Positions 1 through 9,822 are shown, counted from the stretch's first letter. The stretch: DNA of 64,000 nt from Leptolyngbyaceae cyanobacterium (GCA_965263355.1 CBDHHL010000034.1:17299-81298); one strand, 5' to 3'. The notes: generated from the letters alone by a model not told the origin. Translations and numbers: made by a program.

Positions 1-1
1 A

Positions 2-127
2 GGCGTTAGTAGGACCTATTGGTATGACCTTGAGAAAGAGACTCTTAAGGGGACGTTGTCGATTGAAAACTTGCAGGCCATTGAGAAGTCGTTAGATGTT
101 TCGTTCGGGGTGAAATTTGATGAGTGA
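2..127 (+). CDS. C-terminal part of XRE-type HTH protein (5' truncated by window)
   Basis: Manual translation GVSRTYWYDLEKETLKGTLSIENLQAIEKSLDVSFGVKFDE*, an XRE recognition-helix pattern; overlaps the start of the next gene. Confidence 0.65.
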   Translation, partial: GVSRTYWYDLEKETLKGTLSIENLQAIEKSLDVSFGVKFDE

Positions 128-920
128 TATAGCAAAAACAAACGCCTTATTCGATCAGCTGCGGCAAGTAGACAGTCACGGCGTTGAGTATTGGAGTGCT
201 AGAGAGCTAGCCGCTCCTTTGGGATACCCAAAATGGGACCGTTTTGGCAAGGTGATTGAAAAAGCAACGTTGGCCTGTGAAAACTCTGGCAATGAAGCGT
301 TTGATCATTTTCGAGGCTCCTCGAAAATGATAGCTACAGGCAAAGGAGCGGTAAGAAAAATAGATGACTTCAGGCTGACTCGTTACGGTGCCTACCTGAC
401 TGCGATGAATGGTGATCCACGCAAGCCTGAGATCGCTGCAGCTCAAGCCTATTTCGCAGCCAAGACGAGAGAAGCAGAGACTATCATTCCTGCCCAAAAT
501 GCAGAGCTAGAAAAAATGAAGATAGAGTTAGCTCTGCTTCATGCTAGGGAGCGTTTAGCCTCAGCTTCTCAAATGCTGGCCAACATCAACCCTGCGTTGC
601 CTGCTATCACCTTTGGTAAGCATGATGCGGTTATTGAAGTAGAGAAGCCGGTCACAGTAATCGTGGACGCCTATGGCCGTTCTGAGAAATTTGACGGCAT
701 AACCATCACTGAGTTGTCTAAGCGTTATGGATTCGGCAGAGGCACCAAAGCTAATAAGCAGTGCCGAGAGTGGATTAAGTCTTTGGGCATTGGTGAGAAC
801 CAGTGGATTGATGAACCCGCCGCTCACGTCACCAAGAAATTACCAAGAGAGATATTGAGTGTCCTGGATCAGAATTTTCAGGGTGCTAAAGGTGAGCGTC
901 AAAAGTTAGTGGGAGAGTAG
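120..920 (+). CDS. DinD/BRO-family antirepressor-like protein
   Basis: EYWSARELAAPLGY, DFRLTRYGAYLTAMNGDPRKPEIAAAQAYFA are typical DinD/BRO-N motifs. Confidence 0.8.
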   Translation: MSDIAKTNALFDQLRQVDSHGVEYWSARELAAPLGYPKWDRFGKVIEKATLACENSGNEAFDHFRGSSKMIATGKGAVRKIDDFRLTRYGAYLTAMNGDPRKPEIAAAQAYFAAKTREAETIIPAQNAELEKMKIELALLHARERLASASQMLANINPALPAITFGKHDAVIEVEKPVTVIVDAYGRSEKFDGITITELSKRYGFGRGTKANKQCREWIKSLGIGENQWIDEPAAHVTKKLPREILSVLDQNFQGAKGERQKLVGE

Positions 921-927
921 CGGCGTA

Positions 928-1251
928 ATGAAAAGTCCACTTACAAGCAAATTACAGCAACAGTCTTCTGAGTTTGCAGAATACAGAGGCTACGAACTCG
1001 TTGACCTTGGTGTTTACGCAAAAACCGGATGGGAGCAAAGAGAATCTTTCTACGGCATCCAAATGGGCTTAAATCTACTCAATGGCCACATGGGGCTGAT
1101 ACTTGTGTGGTTCAACCAAGGCGACTTTACCGCATGTTCGAAAGAGATTGATGCGGAAAATCTGCGCAAGTTTAGAGGTGCGTTTGACATACTCGATGCA
1201 GCGATAGAAAGTATCGACAAGCTACACGACCAAAGCATGGAGGCAACATGA
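928..1251 (+). CDS. hypothetical phage protein
   Basis: ORF in a tightly packed operon, ATGA overlap with next gene. Confidence 0.6.
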   Translation: MKSPLTSKLQQQSSEFAEYRGYELVDLGVYAKTGWEQRESFYGIQMGLNLLNGHMGLILVWFNQGDFTACSKEIDAENLRKFRGAFDILDAAIESIDKLHDQSMEAT

Positions 1252-1580
1252 ACCTAGAAGAACTAAAACAAGACCTAACCGCCGCAACCATTGATCAACT
1301 AACCAACGCGATGGGAGTTTATGCCTTCGCGTTGGCCACTTACGACTGGCCGGAAGAAGCTGCTGTTGGCATGACATTGAAGTTGCTAGACGAGCTAATG
1401 GATAGCTCAGACGAGCTTTGCTCTGGCGTAGAGAAGGAGTTCATCGACGGAGCTAAAAAGCAAACTGAGGCGGCTATCGTAGAGGCACTAAGAGCCCAGC
1501 GGGAAAACATCGGTCGCGTAAAAGCGGCACTGGAAGAAAAGGCCAAGACTGTAAATTTAAATGAGCAAATAACCCAATGA
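1248..1580 (+). CDS. hypothetical phage protein
   Basis: GGAGG RBS, ATGA overlaps on both sides. Confidence 0.65.
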   Translation: MNLEELKQDLTAATIDQLTNAMGVYAFALATYDWPEEAAVGMTLKLLDELMDSSDELCSGVEKEFIDGAKKQTEAAIVEALRAQRENIGRVKAALEEKAKTVNLNEQITQ

Positions 1581-1840
1581 ACGCTTACGACTATTACTTA
1601 AAACACTTCAGAGACGAGCTAGGTTTCACTCAAAGCCAGTCGGCGAAGGCTATCGGTATCTGTGAAAAAGCTTCAGAACAAACAGGAAGAACTTGCGGAG
1701 GCTTTGTATTCGCAAGTTCTGAATTAGCTAAATTGTTCAGAGTATTCCCATCGCAAAAGATGCTTCTAGAGCTTAGTCAGTTTGCAATGGCAGCGAATGT
1801 ATCTATGTCGTCTTTTATCCGTTTATCGACAGAAATATAA
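1577..1840 (+). CDS. hypothetical protein, possible HTH
   Basis: FRDELGFTQSQSAKAIGI resembles an XRE HTH start. Confidence 0.5.
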   Translation: MNAYDYYLKHFRDELGFTQSQSAKAIGICEKASEQTGRTCGGFVFASSELAKLFRVFPSQKMLLELSQFAMAANVSMSSFIRLSTEI

Positions 1841-1843
1841 CCC

Positions 1844-2167
1844 ATGCCCCACACACTGCACGAAGTAAGCATTGAATCGACTCAGTTCTCAACCGAGCTA
1901 GAGATCGTGTTGCGTCAAAGCAACAGCTGCCTAACAATCAGCGCCAGCTCAACCCAAAGGGGACTTGCCTGGGCGTTTGCGTCTTGTTTAAGCGAACTGA
2001 TTGGGACTGACGTAGAGGTCCATGTCACTGAAACCCAGGTTTCAATTGGCGAATGTCTGCTGCCTGGGGATGTGCTTAGTTGGTTGACGACACTGGAGGA
2101 AACCAGGAGCACGGGATTCTTGACTAGGAGAGAGAACAGAATTATTTCGGAGGTATGGGAAAGATGA
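1844..2167 (+). CDS. hypothetical phage protein
   Basis: ORF continuing the operon. Confidence 0.5.
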   Translation: MPHTLHEVSIESTQFSTELEIVLRQSNSCLTISASSTQRGLAWAFASCLSELIGTDVEVHVTETQVSIGECLLPGDVLSWLTTLEETRSTGFLTRRENRIISEVWER

Positions 2168-2560
2168 GTTGGTTACCATAGACCTGTAGCACTTGGAGCA
2201 CAACATCATGATCGTAATCGGCGGCATTGCAGGCGACACCGGCCTTATTGGTGGGGATACTGGTTATTTGGGCGGGAGTACAGCAGGCTAATCAAATGAC
2301 CATCAAATAGCCAAACTCCTGTCCTTGGTGGCGTCCGGGCATCTCTCCGTAATTCATTACGCTGACTCATCAAATGGCCTGGTACCGTAATGAGTTACGG
2401 TACCACCCAAAACAAAACCTCAACCCTAAACCCCAATAAGCCCGCTGCCAGCCCTAGGCGTCTGATATCGCGAAAGCAGCGGGCATGGTCATTGTAGCGG
2501 AGATCTCCCAGGCATAGCAAAACCGCCAGGGCATAGCTCCAGCGGCTGTTTAATTTGCTA

Positions 2561-2601
2561 TTGACACCCCTAACTTGATTGTTTATGATGCAATCAAGTT
2601 A
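2561..2601 (+). promoter_or_regulatory. sigma70-type promoter overlapped by an 11-bp inverted repeat operator
   Basis: TTGACA (2561)-17 bp-TATGAT (2584); TAACTTGATTG-N9-CAATCAAGTTA at 2571-2601. Confidence 0.75.
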
Positions 2602-2753
2602 CTGAGGAAGATAAATGTTTATTGCACAGAGTATCACTACCGGCGCATACGTTGAGATTAGCGCTCGCTATTCCTTTGAAGTCGCCGAGCAGGCACCCGA
2701 GGGATACACCCGAATCATGAAAAAAGAGGCGGCGATCGCCTGGGGGTACATTA

Positions 2754-3017
2754 ATGCCTAACCACGGAGGCAAGCGACAGGGGGCAGGCCGAAAGCCCTC
2801 TGGTCGTACAAAACGGGTAGGGCCGTTCATGCTGTCCCCTGAGGCGGCGGAATGGTTGAACACGCAGGTTAATAAAAGCGAAGCAGTTGATAAGTTGATA
2901 CTGGAGAAAATACAGAGCCAACAAAAAACGCAGCCTCGAAAGACTGCGTTATCTATCCATCAGGTTGGCTTTATTCTAACTTGGGGTTCCCGACCCGATA
3001 GCAATGACCAGATCTAA
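2754..3017 (+). CDS. small DNA-binding protein (GGxRxGAGRK, AT-hook/RHH-like)
   Basis: HGGKRQGAGRKP motif followed by strand-helix-helix pattern. Confidence 0.6.
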   Translation: MPNHGGKRQGAGRKPSGRTKRVGPFMLSPEAAEWLNTQVNKSEAVDKLILEKIQSQQKTQPRKTALSIHQVGFILTWGSRPDSNDQI

Positions 3018-3158
3018 AACAACCTGCCCTGCCCCAGCGCTGATTAGGCTGTCGGGAGTGCTGCCCTCTAGCTCTCTGTGTGGGGCCTTAAGCCACTTTT
3101 CGGCCTCATCGTCGCTGTATCCGTAGCTAATCAGAAGGCTTTTTATTTTTTGTCTCAT
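2976..3158 (-). CDS. stand-alone MbcA/ParS/Xre antitoxin C-terminal (DUF2384-like) domain
   Basis: AEKWLKAPHRELEGSTPDSLISAGAGQVVLDLV fits the W-L-x-x-P...L-x-G-x-x-P signature. Confidence 0.7.
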   Translation of the reverse strand: MRQKIKSLLISYGYSDDEAEKWLKAPHRELEGSTPDSLISAGAGQVVLDLVIAIGSGTPS

Positions 3159-3828
3159 ACTGTCTCCAAACTCGCAAACTGAAAATTAAGCATTGAGCCG
3201 TTGGCAAATCTCACCCTGGCCATTGTTAGACCAACGCTAACAACAGTACCTGTCTGACCTGCGTACGGGACTTGCCACTGAGTCAGCCTTGTAGCGTCAG
3301 AGTCTATAGTCACTGTGTCGCCTGGGCTCATCGTCCTGATCCTGCGCCTAATCCAGCAAGGCTACTGGCTGTTTTTATTACTGTCCCTGTCGAGTCTTCT
3401 AGCTGCCATCGTCCCGTATCTTCGTTGTAGCAAATGAATTGAGCGTTTGCCGCATCTTTCGCTTGTTGTTTGGGGTCCTTGCGTTGCATAATAATTTATC
3501 CTTCCTTTGTGGTGGGTACCCGGTGGCCAGCTGTCAACTCTCCACCGGGTTGAAATTAAACTTTTTCTATCGTCGAGTTTGGATAATCGGCTTTAGCTTC
3601 TCGGAAAGCTTGGCCGATATTTTCGTGTGAATATTGCACAACCAATCCGTCAATCAGAAAGCTGTACGTTGTTGTCTGTTGTCTTGCTTGGGTCATAAGT
3701 CTTTCCAAAAAGTTCAAGCAGTAGCGACTCCGAAGAAATCACTTCTGGCTTTGCCTCCGCATCGACAGCAGCACGATTTAACGCCGCATCGATGCTCCTT
3801 CCTTCTAGCAAAGAGCTGAGTAGTTCCA

Positions 3829-4113
3829 TTAAATAAACTTCCCCGTCCCCTCTTTGGACCCGCGAGTCCGAGTTGTCCTCCAACGGCCCTCATATTTACC
3901 AGGATCTCCAAAAGGGAGAGGCTTCGGCGTAGGCAGTGGCTTGGTGATCGACTGTTGATAGATGCCGATTTGCCTTAAAGCAACTTCGTCCCACCAGCGG
4001 CCATAGAGCAAGGTTTCGCCAGTGGTTCGGTCAAAGTCGAGGTTGACAATTTCGCCTGAGCTATTTCGATAGGGTCGTTGGATGACCCTGGGTGTGCTTG
4101 GCTGTTGTTTCAT
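3829..4113 (-). CDS. hypothetical phage protein
   Basis: ORF in the leftward early operon. Confidence 0.45.
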   Translation of the reverse strand: MKQQPSTPRVIQRPYRNSSGEIVNLDFDRTTGETLLYGRWWDEVALRQIGIYQQSITKPLPTPKPLPFGDPGKYEGRWRTTRTRGSKEGTGKFI

Positions 4114-4322
4114 AGTTCACTGAATAGTTGTGGGTAATCGTTCATTGCTTGCCGGACCACTCTGCCGCGTTCTTCTAGTGTTTCTGATGGCAGTTGAACC
4201 AGCGCTGCGTATCTGTCTATTGATAGGTCCAGGATCTGTTGGTCCCCAGTTGGGTCTATGTTCTGGGCCATAGTCTGGGCAACCTGCTTCTTCCACTGCT
4301 CAGTGCTAAGAGTTTTTGCCAT
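4110..4322 (-). CDS. hypothetical phage protein (probable start MAKTLS)
   Basis: G-rich RBS-like stretch before ATG, overlap with next gene. Confidence 0.5.
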   Translation of the reverse strand: MAKTLSTEQWKKQVAQTMAQNIDPTGDQQILDLSIDRYAALVQLPSETLEERGRVVRQAMNDYPQLFSEL

Positions 4323-4671
4323 GCTGCCCCCGTTGGATTTTAGGCAGCAGCGGGCTGCATACCTGAGCCCTAAGCCCAAGTAGCTCCCCCGATTGATATG
4401 CAGTTTCAGGCTGCTCTACCACCCCATCGGTTGGGGGTGTAATTGGTTCATTTCTCATATGTTCTCCTTATTCGTCAATTCTCCCTTTCCAGGGAATGCC
4501 CCAAGTCCGCACTGCCCGGACGGCCACGCTGTCTGTGGTGGCTGCACTGTGCTGGGGTGGTTCGTTAGATGTTGTCGTCTATCTCTATTTGGCTTTCAAC
4601 CCGTGGCCAAAGCACCACGTACAACGCCCCAATAATTAACGGTGTGGCGAGGACCAAAGTGGCTACTAAAA

Positions 4672-4941
4672 TTAAAACTTCAAACATTGCGTTTCCTCCA
4701 TCGGTTTCGTCGCCAATCTCGCTTTACCTTGGTCTGTTTTCTTGTAAGCCTCGCGAGCGGCTACCCTATAAGGTAAATTGCCACGCTGGCGGTCATAGGC
4801 TTGATAGTACTCAAGCTTCGCGGCACGGTTTTTGCGGGTTCTAGCCTTAACGCACTCTTTGCAAAGCGTCTTGTTGCTTTTGTAGAAATACTCGGAAAGG
4901 CTTTTTACCTCTCCGCACTTTGTGCACTTCTTGGTAGTCAT
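4672..4941 (-). CDS. Zn-finger protein resembling the N-terminus of phage HNH nucleases; no HNH domain visible
   Basis: KKCTKCGEVKSLSEYF...LCKECVK; ends without a catalytic HNH region. Confidence 0.55.
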   Translation of the reverse strand: MTTKKCTKCGEVKSLSEYFYKSNKTLCKECVKARTRKNRAAKLEYYQAYDRQRGNLPYRVAAREAYKKTDQGKARLATKPMEETQCLKF

Positions 4942-4945
4942 GACA

Positions 4946-5338
4946 TCAAAATGGAATGGAGTCATAGTCAACTTCAGGGGTGCCACCTGCAGCTACAGGC
5001 TTAGCCGCAGCTGCAGGTGGACTATCTTTGGGGTCCAACAACTCCACCTGGAACCCAACAACCACAAGTTTGCTCCTATTCGAACCATCAGCAGTCTGCC
5101 ACTTCTCCTGTGTCAGCTTGCCGGTGACCCCAATTTTTGAGCCTTTTCGACAGTAATTGACCACTGTCTCCCCAGGTTTTCCCCAAAGTTTGCAGTCAAT
5201 CCAGTCTGTAGTTTTCTCACCCTTGCTGTAACCAGAAACCGCCAAGGATAGTGTCGTAACACTATTGCCAGATTCGAAATACCTGATCTCTGGGTCTTGC
5301 CCCAGATTCCCGCTAACTACCACAGTGTTGATACTCAT
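4946..5338 (-). CDS. ssb: single-stranded DNA-binding protein
   Basis: INTVVVSGNLGQDPEIRYFESG OB fold, acidic DYDSIPF tail. Confidence 0.95.
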   Translation of the reverse strand: MSINTVVVSGNLGQDPEIRYFESGNSVTTLSLAVSGYSKGEKTTDWIDCKLWGKPGETVVNYCRKGSKIGVTGKLTQEKWQTADGSNRSKLVVVGFQVELLDPKDSPPAAAAKPVAAGGTPEVDYDSIPF

Positions 5339-5907
5339 GCCGCAGCTCCTCCCTGTACACCCTTTTCAAACGCCTGAATCACTTCGTCATACTTCGCTTT
5401 GGTTACGTCGTCGCTAGACTCAAATCCAAACGACTTGAGCAAACCCTTAGAAGAGTTCTTGTCAAACCCATTCTGATTAGCGATCGCATACAGTCGTTTA
5501 CGCTGGCCCTCACTAATTAAGTTGGGGTTTCTTTTTGGTGGTTGAGCCGCGTTACCATCGTCGTCCTCGTCCGCGCTAATCCCAAGGATCGCCGATAGAG
5601 AATAACGACGGGCATAGGTGATTGCTGCGCCCAGCTTCTGCATATCCTGAATGTTGGGCAGCATTAGGAAACTTTCCAGCTTTTCCCCTGATGAATGCCA
5701 GAGCGTAGTTTTAACCCCCTGACCAGAGTCCATAGGCTCAGTAACCTGGGTTACAACCAAATCGTTCTCACACAGAGCATCCAGCACCGCAGTATTGACG
5801 CTATCCAAGCTTGCGTAACGGTTCTTGAAATGCGGATTTACCTTATCCTTTTTTATTGGCTTAAAGCCTTTCCTGGCCTTAATCAAAGCCTTAATCAGAT
5901 TTTCCAT
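5335..5907 (-). CDS. ERF-family ssDNA annealing recombinase
   Basis: GAAITYARRYSLSAILGI...EDDDGN ERF motif. Confidence 0.9.
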   Translation of the reverse strand: MENLIKALIKARKGFKPIKKDKVNPHFKNRYASLDSVNTAVLDALCENDLVVTQVTEPMDSGQGVKTTLWHSSGEKLESFLMLPNIQDMQKLGAAITYARRYSLSAILGISADEDDDGNAAQPPKRNPNLISEGQRKRLYAIANQNGFDKNSSKGLLKSFGFESSDDVTKAKYDEVIQAFEKGVQGGAAA

Positions 5908-6493
5908 AGCTCATTGTTCATTCGCAAACAACTCTGGCCAATGCAGCCACCCAACCACTAAGGCAGGTTGCGCCATGGGTCAACTAACTCTCCTCCTTAT
6001 AGAGTGCAGCCCAGCTCCGGTAATCCTCCCTGGCTGCCTCTTCACTGGGGAACAACGCATCAGCCTGCACTAACGCAGTCTTCCACACCCAAAACCCGAG
6101 GGAGTTTTTCTGGAATACTGGATTATTCATTGGCTAGCTCCTCTTTTTATCAGTTAAAACTCTCTGTTATCGTGAACTCAACAAAATGGCGAACCTTCTT
6201 ATATCCCAAGGGACTTACCAACCCTTTGGCCAAACAACCACCTGGGACAGTATCCAGAGGATCTACCTCTCTCGCCCCTTTTGGCCGTGTTTCAGAGAGA
6301 TCAGGCTAAGCTATTAACTGCTCAATCAAATGAATAAAGTCTTCGGACTTGACATGTACCGAATCCAGCCTTTTTTCTCGTTCACTATCCCAAACTTCCA
6401 TATCTTTCCCCAAAAAAACAACAACAGAAAAGCCCTGGCCGCATAGGCATTTCAACATTGGCCAGGGCAAAGCGTCACGCCACCCCTACATAA

Positions 6494-6832
6494 CTAAACT
6501 GCAGCAATCCGTCTCCAGGTACCGAATCGCTGATCAGGGAACCTCACCCACACCCCTTTGATACCAACCACGTACCACTCAGACGGATACGCTTTCATTA
6601 GGCTCTTAACCGTCGTCCCCGCAGCCTTGGCATTGCAGCGAGTGAGCCTGATCGTGCCGCTCTTCCCCTCACAGTGGGACCAGCACAGAAATTTCTCTCC
6701 TGGCCTCCCAGCGTTGCGGCCTGGCAAACACCTGTAACGATGCTGCCTGTACTCAGGGACTTCCCACAGCGCAGAGGCGGCCTGCCTGTAGGTGTGGATG
6801 CGGTACCTCATGACTCCCCTAAAATGGCTCAT
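6494..6832 (-). CDS. hypothetical phage protein
   Basis: ORF coupled to the upstream gene in the leftward operon. Confidence 0.45.
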   Translation of the reverse strand: MSHFRGVMRYRIHTYRQAASALWEVPEYRQHRYRCLPGRNAGRPGEKFLCWSHCEGKSGTIRLTRCNAKAAGTTVKSLMKAYPSEWYVVGIKGVWVRFPDQRFGTWRRIAAV

Positions 6833-7214
6833 CTTCGATCTGCCAGTCGTCAAGGTAGCTCTCCCAAGTGGCGTAGTTAACCAAGCTTGCGTCAGGCACG
6901 TACTGAGACAGCCAGCATTGGATCATATTGGCCGCTAGTCCAAAACCAGCGCCAATGGTGAGCTTCATCGAGAAGTCCTCGATAAAGCCCTGGCTATCCT
7001 CACGAACTGCATAAACCCAATATTCCGTGGCAGCATCAGCATCCAGTACCGAAGCATGAATGCCATGAGGGAGGCTCTGCCAGCTGCCATTAACATCGCA
7101 GCATGGGCCGCATGGGGTGAGCTGGGATACTGGCAATCCACATCGAGGGATAACTGTAACTCGGTCGCCCAGGGGGGCTATATATTCCGCTTCGTAGGGG
7201 GCGGTGGTGGTCAT
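6819..7214 (-). CDS. hypothetical phage protein, first gene of the leftward early operon
   Basis: GGA RBS-like sequence; lies directly downstream of the operator cluster at 7234-7275. Confidence 0.55.
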   Translation of the reverse strand: MTTTAPYEAEYIAPLGDRVTVIPRCGLPVSQLTPCGPCCDVNGSWQSLPHGIHASVLDADAATEYWVYAVREDSQGFIEDFSMKLTIGAGFGLAANMIQCWLSQYVPDASLVNYATWESYLDDWQIEDEPF

Positions 7215-7233
7215 ACTTGCGATTCCTGCGAAC

Positions 7234-7275
7234 TGGTTATAATGTAACCACTAGGCAAGAATTTGGCAAGTACTT
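7234..7275. promoter_or_regulatory. oL-like operator cluster
   Basis: TGGTTA-N5-TAACCA (7234-7250) and AAGAATTTGGCAAGTACTT (7257-7275); both motifs recur at 8252-8311. Confidence 0.65.
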
Positions 7276-7587
7276 TTCTATTTAGTTTTGCAAAGACTTC
7301 GTGAAGCTGCAGTTCAGGCCAGCCATTTTGCTTATCAAGAATCAGCATCATCACTGTACTGTGATCATAAAAGAGACCCAGATCACGCTGTGATCTGGGT
7401 CTCGTCACCTGACAACACCCAGGCGATCACATAGCTTGCTCTTTTAGGCCTGTAGAATCCTGTTAAAATTCCCTGGAAATCATGACAAATAATAGTGATG
7501 GCGAGTTAGAGAGGCTTATTTTTGCCAAAAATGTTCCTGAAGCCATTCGCCAGTGGCGGCACATTTTTGACAATCAAATCCCCGCGA

Positions 7588-8250
7588 CTATTTGGGTATC
7601 TGGTCGTTCTGAGCCTTGGGCTTCTTATCCGCCAGCTTCATTAGCTTTACGGCATTCCAGCTTGACCCCAAAACGCAACGCATCGCCTCAGCCAGAACAG
7701 GATGATCTCTAGGCGTTATTTGGGCGGCTCCAATAATCATCAACAGCGCTTGCCTTGCTTCTATTTCGTCGCCCATGCATTTTGCGGTGGCTTGTAAGAA
7801 GTCGTCCCTGCCTGTGTTTGTCCGTATGTCTATTCCTGACTCGGCCAAAGCGTCTTGCAGAGCGACGGCAAGCGGCGATGGCGTTAAACCTCCGCTTGTC
7901 AATATGCACTGGATCTCAGCTACCGACTGCTGAAGCGACTTAATAGCTTCAGTCATCGATTCGACTCTAGCAATTAGGCTTGCGTCGTCTGGCACATCCA
8001 TTTCGAGCCAATCACACGTATCCGCCACACTCTCACCTCGATATGCGGCGATCGCGCTAAGCTGCCTGGTGTCCAGGCGCTTAGTCTTTTTGTCTCGCCA
8101 CCAAATAACAGCAGCGCCAGTTACGCCCAGCCTTCTGCCAATTTCAGCGTAAGAACTTCCCTTGGAGTGCTCCCGCTCAACCCATTCAGATAACCTGTCT
8201 TTATTCATAGCAAACCTAACATTCGCCATGAATGTATCAGAAATTAACAT
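7588..8250 (-). CDS. CI-like repressor (N-terminal HTH)
   Basis: SYAEIGRRLGVTGAAVIWW HTH; divergent from a small Cro-like ORF; flanked by matching operators. Confidence 0.7.
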   Translation of the reverse strand: MLISDTFMANVRFAMNKDRLSEWVEREHSKGSSYAEIGRRLGVTGAAVIWWRDKKTKRLDTRQLSAIAAYRGESVADTCDWLEMDVPDDASLIARVESMTEAIKSLQQSVAEIQCILTSGGLTPSPLAVALQDALAESGIDIRTNTGRDDFLQATAKCMGDEIEARQALLMIIGAAQITPRDHPVLAEAMRCVLGSSWNAVKLMKLADKKPKAQNDQIPK

Positions 8251-8251
8251 A

Positions 8252-8311
8252 AAGAACTTGCCAAGTACTTCTTTTGTGGTTAGACTGTAACCAAGAACTT
8301 TCCAAGAACTT
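8252..8311. promoter_or_regulatory. oR-like operator cluster
   Basis: AAGAACTTGCCAAGTACTT (8252-8270), TGGTTAGACTGTAACCA (8277-8293), AAGAACTTTCCAAGAACTT (8293-8311). Confidence 0.7.
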
Positions 8312-8316
8312 GGTGT

Positions 8317-8508
8317 GTGCTAATGAAAACAGACCCAAAAACACAGTACCAGCTACCCAGCTCACTTGGGCCTGGTGAGAGAATCCAAATATATTTCCCA
8401 GCTGCTCTCTATGATCTTTTGCTAGAGAAGCACCGCAAGGGCCGCGAGCCGAACTGGAAGACAATCGCTCGGAATGCTTTGCAAGGTGCGCTGCAAGATG
8501 CAGCCTAG
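8317..8508 (+). CDS. Cro-position small regulator (RHH-like)
   Basis: 63 aa, RIQIYFP strand plus two helices, first gene of the rightward operon. Confidence 0.55.
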   Translation: MLMKTDPKTQYQLPSSLGPGERIQIYFPAALYDLLLEKHRKGREPNWKTIARNALQGALQDAA

Positions 8509-8516
8509 GTAGTCCC

Positions 8517-8840
8517 ATGGTAGCAATACTCACAATACACAAAGGCTACATTAAGCCATTAATTCTGTCTGTAGGGCGTGGCACCCTACGTGCCCTACGC
8601 GACATCCACTACGGATACATCGACTGCTTCGAAGCTGCCGAAGAGTGGCGGGATATCCTGGCCGTTCATCTGGACGAGCCTGGGGATTTTGAGTTTTTCA
8701 AGATTCTCCGACTGGATGCTTTCTGGCAGTGCTTAGGCGTGCCTGGGGAGCTGCCAGACTATCCAGCGCCCTGGGATGCCTATCTAGAGCGGCTGGAGTG
8801 TGGGGAAAGGTATAAGTCGTTGTTTGTAGGTTCAGAATGA
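8517..8840 (+). CDS. hypothetical phage protein
   Basis: ORF in the rightward operon. Confidence 0.5.
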   Translation: MVAILTIHKGYIKPLILSVGRGTLRALRDIHYGYIDCFEAAEEWRDILAVHLDEPGDFEFFKILRLDAFWQCLGVPGELPDYPAPWDAYLERLECGERYKSLFVGSE

Positions 8841-9024
8841 GAATAAAGCTAAGTGACGAAAAAACGACAAAGTGCGTCGCACTAATTAATGGCCAGCTGG
8901 TGAGCTATGACGCGTGCGGCTCAAGCAAGAGCGCCATCTACAAAACCTGGAATTATTTGGGCCAGGGGGTAATCTTCTCGACTGATGGGATAGTGCAGAA
9001 AGGTTCGACCAAAGCATTTCACTT

Positions 9025-9408
9025 TTGGGAGAAGCCGTGATGACCGATGTTCTCGCCCAGGCTATCTGTCCTGATTGGGCAGGAAAGGCGTCTGAATTAG
9101 AGCTGGCATTCGGCCAATTGTGGGTGGAGCTTTTCCCAATGCTTGACCTATACGTAGAACAAAAGCTCATCCCTGAGCGGAGATTTAGATTTGACTTTTG
9201 CCATTATCCCAGCCGGGTAGCCATCGAGATCCAAGGCTATGGCCCTGGGCACTACTCAAAAAAAGGGGTGAATCGAGACAATCTGAAGCATCGACTGGCT
9301 GCCGAAAACGGCTGGTTAGTAATTCCGGTAGAGGGAGATAGAGCCCGTGACGCAGACGAGCATAACCGGATAGCCAAGATCATAAACAACAGAGTGAAGG
9401 GGGATTAA
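9025..9408 (+). CDS. PD-(D/E)xK / Vsr-like (DUF559-type) endonuclease
   Basis: RRFRFDF...VAIEIQG...D..K...A...GWLVI. Confidence 0.8.
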   Translation: MGEAVMTDVLAQAICPDWAGKASELELAFGQLWVELFPMLDLYVEQKLIPERRFRFDFCHYPSRVAIEIQGYGPGHYSKKGVNRDNLKHRLAAENGWLVIPVEGDRARDADEHNRIAKIINNRVKGD

Positions 9409-9822
9409 TGGAAGTAATACACGATTTGCAGCCAATCGAGCTGCAGCACCGCTCGCTCGACGAGCGGCTGAATGAGGCGAATAAAAGAATTATGAGGCTC
9501 CCCGAGCTTGGCATATTGCGCCGAGAGTTTGCGGGCAGTGCGCACAGCGTACCTGTCTGTTTCGGGCGGCGCAGGATGATCTGCAGTAACAACGTCGAGC
9601 GCTACCGCAAGGCTGTATTCCGGGTGTACAAAGAGTTTGGGCTTGAGTTCATTGAGTTTGTGGAGGAAGAGGTGTGAGTCTTGTCCAGGTCTTTTCGACA
9701 GTGACTGGGGCAGTAGTCATTGGGGTGACGTTTTCGTTTTTGCCATGGCCACCGATATTGGCAGTTCTGCTTAGCTGCATCTTTGGATTCGCCTGGGGCC
9801 TTGCTGTGGCTGGGGTGTTTTC

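Noticed and set aside
4480..4560. tRNA gene
   Set aside because: Lacks the TTC T-loop, D-loop GG and a proper anticodon arm. I recognised no tRNA or rRNA in the window.
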